A DNA stretch of 62,715 bases, filler included, from Stramenopiles sp. TOSAG23-2 (lineage: Eukaryota): assembly GCA_900128395.1 (NCBI GenBank). It is 46 parts of 46 records of this genome, joined end to end, with 100 filler letters (N's around TTAATTAATTAA, not from the genome) between each part and the next. Parts side by side here need not be neighbours in the genome. Positions count along the whole stretch, not along the records: positions 34,242 to 35,506 come from LT653311.1; positions 35,607 to 36,871 come from LT653312.1; positions 36,972 to 38,235 come from LT653313.1; positions 38,336 to 39,599 come from LT653314.1; positions 39,700 to 40,962 come from LT653315.1; positions 41,063 to 42,325 come from LT653316.1; positions 42,426 to 43,688 come from LT653317.1; positions 43,789 to 45,050 come from LT653318.1; 38 more parts are not named here. The stretch is one strand, 5' to 3'. Numbering within the stretch: position 1 is the stretch's first letter; every line of letters starts with the position of its first letter. The translations under genes were made by a program, and so were the position numbers. The notes beneath the pieces are model-generated. The model saw nothing but the letters and a program-made list of their open reading frames with translations. It searched no databases and was not told the DNA's origin. Positions 34,784-47,028 of the stretch are shown here, piece after piece.

Positions 34784-34903
34784 CGTCAAGATTTTCGTGA
34801 GTCAAACATATCTCTTCTATAAGAACGACTCACACAAAGAAAAAATGTCGTCAAGATTTTCGTGAGTCAAATATGCATCTTCTATAAGAATGACTCACAC
34901 ACA
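34784..34903. repeat. Direct repeat, 2 x 65 bp, each with internal inverted repeat
   Basis: CGTCAAGATTTTCGTGAGTCAAA...TCTTCTATAAGAA.GACTCACAC at 34784 and 34849. Confidence 0.93.
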
Positions 34904-34948
34904 AAACAAAATCCAGATGTATGTTGGCAATATCAATGTTATTGACCC

Positions 34949-35200
34949 CAGGGAGTCTAGGGAGTCTTCAGGGACTTTTAGAAACTTTGAATAGCATTGG
35001 AATACGCTTTGTTTAGGGAGTCTAGGGAGTCTAGGGAGTGTCTAAAAAAGAAATAATCGAATACAAAAAAAAGTTAAAAAAATCTTTTCTTCTTTTTTAT
35101 TTTAACACACTCCCTGGAGTCCCTGGACTCCCTATACGCCTACTGTGCGCATGCTAATCAAACTCGCTGAAAGTCCCTGACGACTCCCTGGACTCCCTAG
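34949..35200. repeat. Mirror-symmetric iteron element (6 + 6 copies of YAGGGA[G/C]TC around AT-rich core)
   Basis: Triplets at 34949-34977 and 35014-35040; reverse-complement triplets at 35108-35134 and 35171-35200; core 35041-35107. Confidence 0.95.
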
Positions 35201-35705
35201 GCCATCCTGTATACCTGCTATTCAAATTCCCTAAACTCATAAACAATAAAGAAACATCCGTTCGAGATGAAATAAAATTATCGTTATAATTTTCTGATAT
35301 AAAAGAATCCAAAAATCTATCCACAATTCGTGATGTGCTGTTTGTAGATTAACCTCTGTCAATATATTTTGGTACATTGGAAACGAAATGTATTGGTCAT
35401 TTATCATATGAATAAGGTTAAACATGTGTTGGTACGTGTTGTACACATGTTGCAAGATATTAATACCCTCATGCAAGGGTTGTTCGGGCTAGATTGAGCA
35501 GAAAGTNNNNNNNNNNNNNNNNNNNNNNNNNNNNNNNNNNNNNNNNNNNNTTAATTAATTAANNNNNNNNNNNNNNNNNNNNNNNNNNNNNNNNNNNNNN
35601 NNNNNNTATACATATACGTGTACATGACACACATAAAACATTCTAAATACCTTTTCATTCTATATAAGCATATATATATACAAAAAAGAAGAAGAAAACT
35701 GTTAA

Positions 35706-36338
<633 letters not shown>

Positions 36339-36971
36339 ATATTAATAATGTGTACATAAAATTACGTACGTCGTGTGTTGTACATATTATCCAGTAGGCC
36401 ATACAAATTATGTATGTGTATGTGTGTGTATGTGTGTGTGTGAAACAGAAGATAAGTGTTTATAAAAAATGAGAGAGCAGATATATTAAATATGTATCAT
36501 TATGATATTATGATATTAATAATATATATATGATATGATATCATACGATTCGTATTTTAAAAAAATATATGAAATTATGAGATGTGCAGATATATTAGTT
36601 TTATCGTCAAAAAAAATAAAAATATACACAAACACCACCACCACGAATATTCGTATATTTTAAAAATATATTTAAATATACTGACACGTACCACGCGCGG
36701 AAGGGCAAAAACTCTCTCTCTCTCTCTATCATTTTTTTTTCTTCTTCACACACACTTGTTTTATTTTTTCCTTTGACCTTTCTTTTGTTTTTATATTTTA
36801 AAAGTATTATTTTTTGTGTGTTTTTTTACAAAACTTTTTTCAATCCATCATATAAACCAGCTGGTTGTGTANNNNNNNNNNNNNNNNNNNNNNNNNNNNN
36901 NNNNNNNNNNNNNNNTTAATTAATTAANNNNNNNNNNNNNNNNNNNNNNNNNNNNNNNNNNNNNNNNNNNN

Positions 36972-37307
36972 TATATTTGGTGTAGATGTTGTTCCTGTTG
37001 TTGTAGTTGGCGATTGTTTTGGTGATACTATACGTGCAGATGGTATACTACTATATTGTTGTCCTTGTTTTGTTTTTTTAATTGTTTGTATTGATGGTTG
37101 ATGTTGTACATGCAATGGTATGGATGATAATTGGTTTAATTTTAATATGTTATTATTATTATTATTATTGTTGTTTAATGTAATCGACTGAAAGGTTGGT
37201 GGATATAATAATGTATTTGTATGTATTGCTTTATGCGCACGTTGTATCGCTTTTTCTGCATTGTATATCGATGGATGTACTGGTTTTGGTTTACGTGGTG
37301 TTGGCAT
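36972..37307 (-). CDS. N-terminal low-complexity fragment of hypothetical protein
   Basis: ATG 37307, poly-Asn and Thr/Gln-rich, open to contig edge. Confidence 0.55.
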
Positions 37308-38383
37308 TTTGTTTGTATAAAGATGATGTCAACTTGGTTATTTATCTTTGCAATTATATACCAGAAAACCTCCCCCCACAAAGTGATGAATAATAATAAT
37401 AATACGTAAATATATATACAGTATATATTATATCAAAAATTGAATCAAACAATGAATGAAAAATAAAATATGATTGCTTCTTTTTCTGTCGTCGTCGTCG
37501 TTGTTTACACGGATATGCAGCTATAATGAAATGAAATGTATATTTACATCACACCCAGATCACACACTCTCTGGCATGTACGCACAGTTCATTATATATA
37601 TGTATACAGTACACATTTCTTACAGTTAGATATATATATATATTTGCAATGTGCAATGACAATGATGTGTCCATCATAGTCGATCTCCCTGTAGTATTTA
37701 CATGCTATTATACTCACAAGGTACATAGCATTGATACTTCTCGATCCCCCTATTATATATTATATTCTTCGCTGCGCTCATATTTTAACGTATGGGCTGT
37801 AGCAGGGAAGAACGAAGGGAATCGAGTACCCCTATTACTCCTAACTACTAACTACACAATAAATTATTGATCCCCATCATCTATAATGCTATTTGTATGT
37901 TAAAACCTATGAACGCTGGTTAGATAGGTATATTATCCCACATGGTACTATAAGTATACTAAAATAATCATCAACCATAAGTCTTCATCAATCCAGAAAT
38001 GCAACTTGCAAATAATAATATCCGAAGTTAAAAAGGATACCTTAACCTGGTACCTGGTACCACACCACCACACTGGCACACCACTAGGTGTGAAGTACAT
38101 ACCAATGAATTAATAATAGAAGAGATCTGGGAGATCGACAATGTGAAGATATATAGATATATATATATATACGGCGGTGTATTATTATATTATTATCAGC
38201 ATCAATATATATAGTTGGCATAAATTACCAACATANNNNNNNNNNNNNNNNNNNNNNNNNNNNNNNNNNNNNNNNNNNNTTAATTAATTAANNNNNNNNN
38301 NNNNNNNNNNNNNNNNNNNNNNNNNNNNNNNNNNNTATATATATATATTGTGACAACTAATTAATTATAATATTATCGAAACT

Positions 38384-39118
38384 ATGGCGACGAAAGCGGC
38401 ATCAGTACCATGGATGGTATCATTGGCATTGTATATGCAAAGAAAAAAATTACATGCTAGTAAAGAAAGTCCAATAAAGAAAGCGACGAAACATATTGCA
38501 AGAAACGTTGTAAATGCAGTGACGGAGCAAGTTGCAAAAGTACCAGTTGAATCGTATTTTCAATGGTATCAAAGAGGTCTCCTTGAAAACCCATACATGT
38601 TTAAAGGTTTGACTTCAACAACGTTGAAAATGTTATCAGATATGACGGGACAACTCATTTCTGAAGGTAAAGTTGTCAGCTTCCGTACAATGGTATCGTT
38701 TGGAATGTTTGGTTTCTTTATTGATTCACCGTTATGCCATAATTGGTATGCGTTTGTAAATCGCGTTACACCACAATATACCGGTGGCTCGTTGTTCCTA
38801 ACAACAGCTATTAATTGTGCACTGGATCAATTCCTTTTCAATCCATTTTATTATGTGGTTTGGATGATATCCTTTGGTTACATGGCTGGTTCATTTGAAA
38901 GTTGGGAAGAAGCAACTGATAAAGTGAAACGTGATTTATGGCCAGCAATGTTAGCAGCATGGCGTGTATGGCCATTTTATACATTTATTAGTATGTATTT
39001 CTTACCAGAGGAATGGTGGATGCCAGTTGGATATTTCGTAGGATATTGTTTTAATACATATTTGAAATTATTATCTGTATGGAGTGATAAAACAGTTGCT
39101 GATAAAAAAGAAGAATAA
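38384..39118 (+). CDS. Mpv17/PMP22 family membrane protein
   Basis: WYQRGLLENPYMFKGLTS...SDMTGQ, SPLCHNWY, LDQFLFNP, AAWRVWP; complete ORF. Confidence 0.94.
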   Translation: MATKAASVPWMVSLALYMQRKKLHASKESPIKKATKHIARNVVNAVTEQVAKVPVESYFQWYQRGLLENPYMFKGLTSTTLKMLSDMTGQLISEGKVVSFRTMVSFGMFGFFIDSPLCHNWYAFVNRVTPQYTGGSLFLTTAINCALDQFLFNPFYYVVWMISFGYMAGSFESWEEATDKVKRDLWPAMLAAWRVWPFYTFISMYFLPEEWWMPVGYFVGYCFNTYLKLLSVWSDKTVADKKEE

Positions 39119-39232
39119 ATGAAAATGTGGAAAGGACTATTACGTGTGTATATTATCTGTATGGAGTGATAAAACAGTTGCTGATAAAAAAGAAGAATAA
39201 ATGAAAATGTGGAAAGGACTATTACGTGTGTA
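39069..39232. repeat. Exact tandem duplication, 2 x 82 bp, spanning the Mpv17 stop codon
   Basis: 39069-39150 = 39151-39232. Confidence 0.97.
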
Positions 39233-39478
39233 AATTAGTTATCATATATAGACTACGGTGTGTGTCGTTTTTTTGTAATATGATAATATATATATGATGG
39301 TGCTTGAGTGTGGTGCAGCAAAACATTTTAAAATAACACAAAATATTTTTTACTACACACACTGTAAAATTTTTTCATAAAAAGTATTTCATAATATATA
39401 TATAATATATTTTTACACATTTTTAATATACGACGAAGTAAAATACATTAAAATATACATGAGATTAACACATATAAC

Positions 39479-39599
39479 TCATTTCTCCTTCTCCTGCTCC
39501 TTCTTATATTTTAGTTGGAGCGCACGACGGTCAGCCTGGTCAGCAGCCATCTTCTTCTTCTGTTCCTTCTTTCGTTGTTTTGCTGCTTTTTTACGCATA
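39479..39599 (-). CDS. C-terminal basic coiled-coil fragment
   Basis: MRKKAAKQRKKEQKKKMAADQADRRALQLKYKKEQEKEK* (TGA at 39479-39481). Confidence 0.6.
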
Positions 39600-39699
39600 N
39601 NNNNNNNNNNNNNNNNNNNNNNNNNNNNNNNNNNNNNNNNNNNTTAATTAATTAANNNNNNNNNNNNNNNNNNNNNNNNNNNNNNNNNNNNNNNNNNNN

Positions 39700-40949
39700 G
39701 CAATAACATCATGTTTGGTAAATGGAAAATTTTCCCAACTCCATTTAAAACGATTTAACATGGCACGATGATTTCCACAAACACCTTTTGGTACACCAGT
39801 TGATCCAGAAGTATATAATATATATGCTAATGAAGTATCTTTTACAATCGTATTATCAATAGTTGCATCTTCTTCATCTTCGTGTTGTTGTTGCTTATTT
39901 AAATTATTTATTCCAAGCTCTTGTGTATATAAATATTTTTTCATAATTACTTCTACATTAATAATATCATCATTTGTTATACGTTTGATTTTTACATGAT
40001 TGATGTTATTATTATTATCGTTTTCTTCTTGATTATTGTTTTTTGTTTTTTTTGATGTTGGATGTTTTTTGAAAATAGATAAAGTTTGACTTTCAACTAA
40101 TATAAATGATAATTTACTATCATTACCCATAAATTGTATACGTGATTTTGGATATGTTGGATCCAATGGTACATATGGATTCCCAGTTTTCATTACAGCT
40201 AATATAGATGCAATGGCATAATGTCCATTGCATGATACACCAACAGGATTTTCACTATTTGGAAACAAACCATTGTCTAATAATGTTTGAGCAATTAATG
40301 TTGACATTGCATTTAATTGTTGATATGATATTTGAAATTTTTCAGATACGATAATTGCAATTCTATTTGGTTGTTGCATTACTTGGCGTTGAATATAACT
40401 ATGGATAGTATTTCTTGATGAATTCGCTGTTTTTAATGGTATATTTGGTATGGTAATAGTATCATCGTTGAACATGTTATTATTAGTATTATTATTAATA
40501 GTATTCTTGTTTGTTGAATGAATATTATTATTATTATTACCATTATTATTACTAACACCACTGCCAAATCCAAGTCCTAACCATTGCAATAATGTTGGAC
40601 GAGATGCTGTATCTTCTGATAATGATTTAGCACGTTTATTCATCGATGATGATGATGACGTGTGTCGTGTATGATTATTATAATTATTGTGAAATGCAGT
40701 TGATTGTGCACGTGAGTTGGATCGTCGGGATTTTTTTTGTTTATTATTAAAAAAAACATTATTAGAAGAAGCGACACGATATCCTTTTTTATTGTATTTA
40801 TCACGTTTGTATCGTAAGGTGACACTTCTTCTATCGATTAAATCTTGTCGTTGAAATAAGTTGTCGTTGTCGTTGTTGTTGTTGGTATTACCACGTGTGT
40901 TTTTCGTCTTTTTTTTCGTTGGTGATGAATGTACAAATGAGTTAATCAT
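39700..40949 (-). CDS. NRPS-type adenylation (AMP-binding) domain protein with Asn-rich N-terminus (3'-truncated)
   Basis: ISYQQLN (A1), ILAVMKTGNPYVPLDPTYP (A2), LAYILYTSGSTGVPKGV (A3). Confidence 0.92.
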
Positions 40950-41064
40950 GTTGATATAGCAANNNNNNNNNNNNNNNNNNNNNNNNNNNNNNNNNNNNNN
41001 NNNNNNTTAATTAATTAANNNNNNNNNNNNNNNNNNNNNNNNNNNNNNNNNNNNNNNNNNNNAA

Positions 41065-42291
41065 CGGTTGGAAGATTGGGACAGTTACGTATGGTTATTG
41101 GCCCAAGTGTACGCGCACGTTGTAATTTTAATGAAAGTCGTCGGGGATGAGGCAGAGAATAGGAAGGATTGGGTTGGAATGGATGAATTTGAGGAGATTT
41201 TTATGGGCGACGAACGAGTGAACATCACGGACGACCCGCGTTTACCGGCGTTGCTTCGCGAGTGGAATTCCTCGATTACGAAAATCGCTCGCGTGAATTT
41301 AGACTTGTTAAACATGATAATCGGAATCGATGGCGAGGAGAATTTAAAGAAAGTTCCGAGTTTTTGCGGCGAGTTGATGCGAGAAGTAGAAAAGATGTAC
41401 GGATTTCATCACAAAGATGAGTACGATTGGGGCGTGAAAAGCGAAGTGATTGAGATTGCGATGAAAATACCAGAAGCTCGTCGATCGAAAAAATCGCCGG
41501 GGAGAGACCTCGTGCAAAATCAAATAGCGTTAGAAACAGCAGACTTGAGCGCAGCTGTTTTTCATCAGAAGTATTTCAAAACACAGAAACCGTGTGTGGT
41601 GAGAAAATACGCCAACGAACAAAAGTGGAAACTTCTCGATTTATGTAAAACGACAGAATTTTTACGAGATGAGATGTTTGGCGGTAGTCGCGTCGTGCCG
41701 GTTGAGTACGGATTCCCGGGTAGTGGCGATTCCGGCACAGGCGTCGTGAGTTTAGCCGAGTTCTCGGAGGCGCTGAATGCAAGTAATGCCGTGGATTCAA
41801 GTGGAGACGGAGCCAGTATCCGATTCAAAATCGCGTACGTCTCGCAACATTGCTTGTTCCATCACGCGCCAGAACTCCAAAAATATATCTCGATCCCACA
41901 TTTGACGCTTGGGAAAGTCACTAGTGAGGGCGCATCAAATCTCTGGATAGGAACGAGAGAGACCCGAACATCGCTTCATCGAGACCCATATAACAACATC
42001 TTTGTTCAAGTGAGTGGATTCAAGTACATCCGCATTTATCTCGACGACCAAACTGAGAAACTCTATTCGGAAGCTGTGATGACGACAGGTGGAAAGAAAC
42101 AAGTGAACGCGTTCACGCGAAGTTTTGTGAAGGATGTGGAAAATCCAGACGTGAAGAGGTTTCCAAAATTTGTAGAAGCGACGTATTTCGACACAATTTT
42201 ACATCCTGGAGATGCCATGTTCATCCCATACGGAGCGTGGCATTACGTTCGATCTCTCTCGACCAGCGTGAGCGTAAATTTTTGGTTTTAG
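41065..42291 (+). CDS. KDM8: JmjC hydroxylase, JMJD5/KDM8-like (5'-truncated)
   Basis: RVVPVEYG, AYVSQHCLF, LWIG...TSLHRDPYNNIFVQVSGFKYIRIY, LHPGDAMFIP..AWHYVRSLS.SVSVNFWF; HxD...H triad. Confidence 0.9.
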   Translation, partial: RLEDWDSYVWLLAQVYAHVVILMKVVGDEAENRKDWVGMDEFEEIFMGDERVNITDDPRLPALLREWNSSITKIARVNLDLLNMIIGIDGEENLKKVPSFCGELMREVEKMYGFHHKDEYDWGVKSEVIEIAMKIPEARRSKKSPGRDLVQNQIALETADLSAAVFHQKYFKTQKPCVVRKYANEQKWKLLDLCKTTEFLRDEMFGGSRVVPVEYGFPGSGDSGTGVVSLAEFSEALNASNAVDSSGDGASIRFKIAYVSQHCLFHHAPELQKYISIPHLTLGKVTSEGASNLWIGTRETRTSLHRDPYNNIFVQVSGFKYIRIYLDDQTEKLYSEAVMTTGGKKQVNAFTRSFVKDVENPDVKRFPKFVEATYFDTILHPGDAMFIPYGAWHYVRSLSTSVSVNFWF

Positions 42292-42854
42292 GTGCTCGCG
42301 AGATGATTTGTAAAAAAGGCAAGCANNNNNNNNNNNNNNNNNNNNNNNNNNNNNNNNNNNNNNNNNNNNTTAATTAATTAANNNNNNNNNNNNNNNNNNN
42401 NNNNNNNNNNNNNNNNNNNNNNNNNCGTTTGATATAACATTTTTCCATTTCTTATATATACACAATTATTATTTATTTATTACTGCAACTATTATTCATA
42501 TAAGAAGTATGTATTATTATTTTACCACGTGCCCACCTGGCCCACCACCAGTATAATATAACTTATTTATAGATTTATTAGCTGATCTCTACCACCACCA
42601 CCACCACCGTGCTACGGCCATAGGAAAAAGAAAAAGAAGTTTAAGTTAATATAGCATGTATTTACTACTACGATCTTAGAGTAAATCCAAGATGGAATTG
42701 GCACTACACTACACACATATATATATGGATAGGCGGCATAGATATTTAGAAAATTTCAAAGTCAATTTATTAATACATGTAGCACAATACTATAGTATTT
42801 TATTTTTTTTTCAATATCTCCTTCCCTCTCGTCTAAAAATTATACCACGAGAGT

Positions 42855-43232
42855 TTAGCATTTTTCTGTTCTTGCTGCCATATCTCTACTACTACACATA
42901 TCCGCATCACTATAAACTTTGCTTTTTGGATTTGACAAGTTTTTTAACATGTCTTGAATAAAACCAACGGTCTTTGTGTCTGGTACAAACATTTTAATGT
43001 ACGATTCATATTTACCACCTGGCATAATTTTGGTAACGAGATTTGGATCAAGTTTTTCAATAAAACCCATATCATCTTTCGTGTCTTCATTATTTCCAAC
43101 TGTATTTTTTAACACTCTCATTGTCCTTTTCAATCCATATAAAAAATTTTTCGTATGAAATGAGTCTGATACAGTCTTTGCACGGTATGTAGCGGCAAAC
43201 ATTAATGCAATCATATTCATTGTTTTTATCAT
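42855..43232 (-). CDS. Hypothetical protein or gene remnant
   Basis: 125-codon ORF with protein-like composition; no family recognised. Confidence 0.4.
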   Translation of the reverse strand: MIKTMNMIALMFAATYRAKTVSDSFHTKNFLYGLKRTMRVLKNTVGNNEDTKDDMGFIEKLDPNLVTKIMPGGKYESYIKMFVPDTKTVGFIQDMLKNLSNPKSKVYSDADMCSSRDMAARTEKC

Positions 43233-43788
43233 TTTTATAATACTATTGATATATATCTATCTATATACATATATATATATATAGATAAGTAATATAAATG
43301 CAATATCATACATTAATATAGACATTGTTGATTGTTGATACAATTATTAATATTGGTTCATATAAATTCATTCGTCCCCCTTTTTTTTTTGGCTTTGCTA
43401 ATTTAAAAAAAAAGTCATCAAAAAGCTTAATGGTGTATCCCTGCTATTTTTTATAGGTCTCCATTTATAAACTAACAGCCTACTTGAGAGTGTAAAACAT
43501 GATTTGGCTTTCCTTCACACTCATACTTCTCTTATGTTTCTATTTTATATGTATTGTGCTATTCTTAGAGTTACTATATGTTCCTAGTTAATATTATTTC
43601 TATGTATTATTCTATGTATTATTCTATGTATTATTATGTATATTACATGTTATCTGTACCTTAATATTTATATTGTATTGTATTATTANNNNNNNNNNNN
43701 NNNNNNNNNNNNNNNNNNNNNNNNNNNNNNNNTTAATTAATTAANNNNNNNNNNNNNNNNNNNNNNNNNNNNNNNNNNNNNNNNNNNN

Positions 43789-44664
43789 TTTAAAATCAAT
43801 CATTTTAAATTCTAAATACTTATTAAGTGCAATGTCATTATATGCAAATTTATAAAATGCAAAAATTGCTGTTAAATCTCTAGTATCTACTAATAATTTT
43901 GCAAAATTGGAACGTTCTAATGATATAATTCCTTCCTCTTGTATATCATCAAAATGTTCTTTCAATGCTGCTACAATTTCATCATTTAAATCTATTTTAT
44001 AATGTGCATTATGTGTATGTCTTAATGCATCAGCACCATCCGTTATTGTTATATAATCAATTTCATCTCTTTTAGCGTTTGTTTTATAATTATTTGAAAT
44101 AACAACTAAATCTTTATGTGTCGTTTCTCTTTTTAAAATTTGTTTATGCAATATATTTCGTCGATTTTGTACCATAGCATGCCATCTTTTTCTTTCAGAT
44201 GCCGTTCGTTGAAAACGAGCACCTGTTGGGAGATTATTGTTGTTGTCGCTATCATTATTATCATTCATTGCTGTTGCATTATCGACTGCAAGTTCCGTAA
44301 TATCATCAATAATATCATCAGTTGCTGTCTCATCTTCTTTATTTCTTATTTTATCTAACTCCAAACCTAGTTCTTGCAAACAATTATAAAAATGTATAAA
44401 TTCTGAAAAGGTTACACCTGTAGTAATACTAAAAGTCGTCATTGTTTCTATTGCAGCATTTAACAGTACTTTCTCTCCTTCGCCAAATACTTCATTATTT
44501 TCTTCCGCCTCCGTTGTTTGTTGTACCAATGTTAACATTTCCTTCAGTTCTGGTAAGTCTAACATACCGTTACCATTTATATCAAACGTATCAAACAATG
44601 CTCTTAAAGAGTCTTCTTGTTCGTCAGACCAACTAATTAAATCTATATTATTAGACGATGTCAT
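43789..44664 (-). CDS. EF-hand protein (3'-truncated)
   Basis: LFDTFDINGNGMLDLPELKEML and degenerate second hand GVTFSEFI. Confidence 0.88.
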
Positions 44665-45405
44665 GGGTTATTATTTCTTTTTTTTTTTTACTGTAATTAT
44701 CTAGTAATTTGTTGTTTTACTCATAGACAGATAGGTAGGTAGTTATAGTTGAACATTAAAATAATATATATATATCTGTGCGCTATATATATCTATAGAG
44801 AGAGAAATATTATATTCGTTATAGCACATATTAATACAGTAGTAGTATTAATAAATGAAGTGCTGAAGAAGATAATAATAATAATAAAGCCAGATCTGCG
44901 CGTGAACAAAAAAAAACTGGTGTCCGCGGACCAATCAGTTATACTTGTTAGTCTACCTATTAAATATTACCAGGTAAATCACACACCGCGATAACACATA
45001 ATACTAATATACGCGTACAAAAAACAACACAGCTGGACAGATGAGTGCATNNNNNNNNNNNNNNNNNNNNNNNNNNNNNNNNNNNNNNNNNNNNTTAATT
45101 AATTAANNNNNNNNNNNNNNNNNNNNNNNNNNNNNNNNNNNNNNNNNNNNTATATATATATAATATATCATAATATAATATAATTAATTAAAATATATAT
45201 ATATATACTCGTATATATATGAGTAAGAGAAAATTTTATATATATATTGATCATTTTGTTTTTGCTATTTTGTGGTACGAATGTGCAATAGCTGTATATT
45301 TCAGGTATATTTCAGGTATATACATTCATACATCATGATATCAGAAGATGATATGCATTTTACATAGTGCTCTATATTATGAATTTTATGTCTCTCTCTC
45401 TATTT

Positions 45406-46410
45406 TTAATAATCACTGTCCTCCATATCAACACGCAACAATTTTTTTACCAAATACATTAGATATCTGTCAATGTCTTTCCTATCGTTTGAATATTCTC
45501 GATGCACAATTCGCTCAACATCTGTTAACTTCTTTTGCAGTAACGACACCAACATTTCTGCAATTTCTATGTAATAATGCAGAATCTCTTTCTCACCTTT
45601 GACTAATATTAATGCACAACGTCTATTTGAAAATGGTTCGATATTAGCATTTTCTAACATATCAGTATCCTCTTCTATAGTGGTTGGATACAATAATAAA
45701 CGTCTTCTACATGTACGTGCTAAATATGCAAACGCGGCAACTTCGTTACGTGCTGATATTGGTTCAATCGGATTCTCTGTGATAGGATAATGCATATGAC
45801 CACGTTGAAAAATGACATCTAACTCAGTTTGGTTTGCTACTGCTACTCTACAAAATGATAATAATTCTGCACTACCTTGGTCATCATATGTCATGGAAGC
45901 TCTTGTTACTAATTCACTTGTTGTTAATATTTGTACACGTTGTTCACTTAAAAAATCATCAATCTCCGTCGATGGCAATTCAACGTGTATTGCTATTTCA
46001 TTCATACACCTTCCATCACTTTCCCTATTGTTTTCAACTGCGAAACCATAATGCATTAGAAATTTACTATTGCATTTTTTACCATAGGAATCCATAATTT
46101 GTTGGCCTTTTTCTAACTTTTTTAATGATGTCATGATAAAGGATTGTTGTGCATCACTAAATGTCCAACTAGTCTCCCTAGGTCGATAATGATTTAACAT
46201 ATCTGACCATGGGACTAATGTTGTTCTTTTCACACCATTGATGGAAATACCGAAATTTCTACTACCGACTGCTGTTCTACACCATAAAAAGTCTTCCTCG
46301 TTGAAGTCTTCCCTAAATTCTGGGCATACTCTACATACTTCGTGGTAATCATACAATATATTATTTTTCCTATCATGTATTTGCTGTACAAGCGTTGAAC
46401 CTTCCAACCA
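45406..46410 (-). CDS. SET-domain methyltransferase with Rubisco-LSMT substrate-binding domain (SETD3/SETD6-like; 5'-truncated)
   Basis: FLWCRTAVGSRNF, LVPWSDMLNH, QIMDSYG...LMHYGF, LLSFCRV, YPTTIEED, GEKEIL. Confidence 0.93.
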   Translation of the reverse strand, partial: WLEGSTLVQQIHDRKNNILYDYHEVCRVCPEFREDFNEEDFLWCRTAVGSRNFGISINGVKRTTLVPWSDMLNHYRPRETSWTFSDAQQSFIMTSLKKLEKGQQIMDSYGKKCNSKFLMHYGFAVENNRESDGRCMNEIAIHVELPSTEIDDFLSEQRVQILTTSELVTRASMTYDDQGSAELLSFCRVAVANQTELDVIFQRGHMHYPITENPIEPISARNEVAAFAYLARTCRRRLLLYPTTIEEDTDMLENANIEPFSNRRCALILVKGEKEILHYYIEIAEMLVSLLQKKLTDVERIVHREYSNDRKDIDRYLMYLVKKLLRVDMEDSDY

Positions 46411-46512
46411 NNNNNNNNNNNNNNNNNNNNNNNNNNNNNNNNNNNNNNNNNNNNTTAATTAATTAANNNNNNNNNNNNNNNNNNNNNNNNNNNNNNNNNN
46501 NNNNNNNNNNAA

Positions 46513-47028
46513 TGTCCATCACTTCCGCAGAAATCATATCAAGATTATGGCCTTTCTGGTCCAAGTGACCCGGCCTATCCAAAACAGCTATGTAGTGATA
46601 AATCAGATTTTTTTGTTCGGAATTTCGTTGGTGAACATCCAGTTGTTTGTGGATTAGAACAAGAACTTGGTTTTAGCAGCAGTAAAAGTAAAAACAACGG
46701 TGTTGAAAATGGTGATGGTACAACAAGTAGTGATATGCCATGGCATCAAAATGTTCATATAGTTGGAATATTAGCATTGATTGTAGGTTTTATTTTAGGT
46801 GCGGTTGTCATTAAATTTATTGTTGTAAATATTGTTCAAAAACATAATAAACATCATAATATTAGGAATACAAATAATCCAATGATGAATAATGATGATG
46901 GGACTACTAATATTCCAGCAACAGGTTTAAAAGTTGAAATGCAAAGTGGGAAAACAATTGGTGTAAAAGATGATGATATTCATACAAGGAAGAAAAGTAG
47001 AAATACATGGGCGGAAAATGCAATTTAA
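46513..47028 (+). CDS. C-terminus of single-pass membrane protein
   Basis: Frame open from contig start; TM IVGILALIVGFILGAVVI. Confidence 0.75.
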   Translation, partial: CPSLPQKSYQDYGLSGPSDPAYPKQLCSDKSDFFVRNFVGEHPVVCGLEQELGFSSSKSKNNGVENGDGTTSSDMPWHQNVHIVGILALIVGFILGAVVIKFIVVNIVQKHNKHHNIRNTNNPMMNNDDGTTNIPATGLKVEMQSGKTIGVKDDDIHTRKKSRNTWAENAI

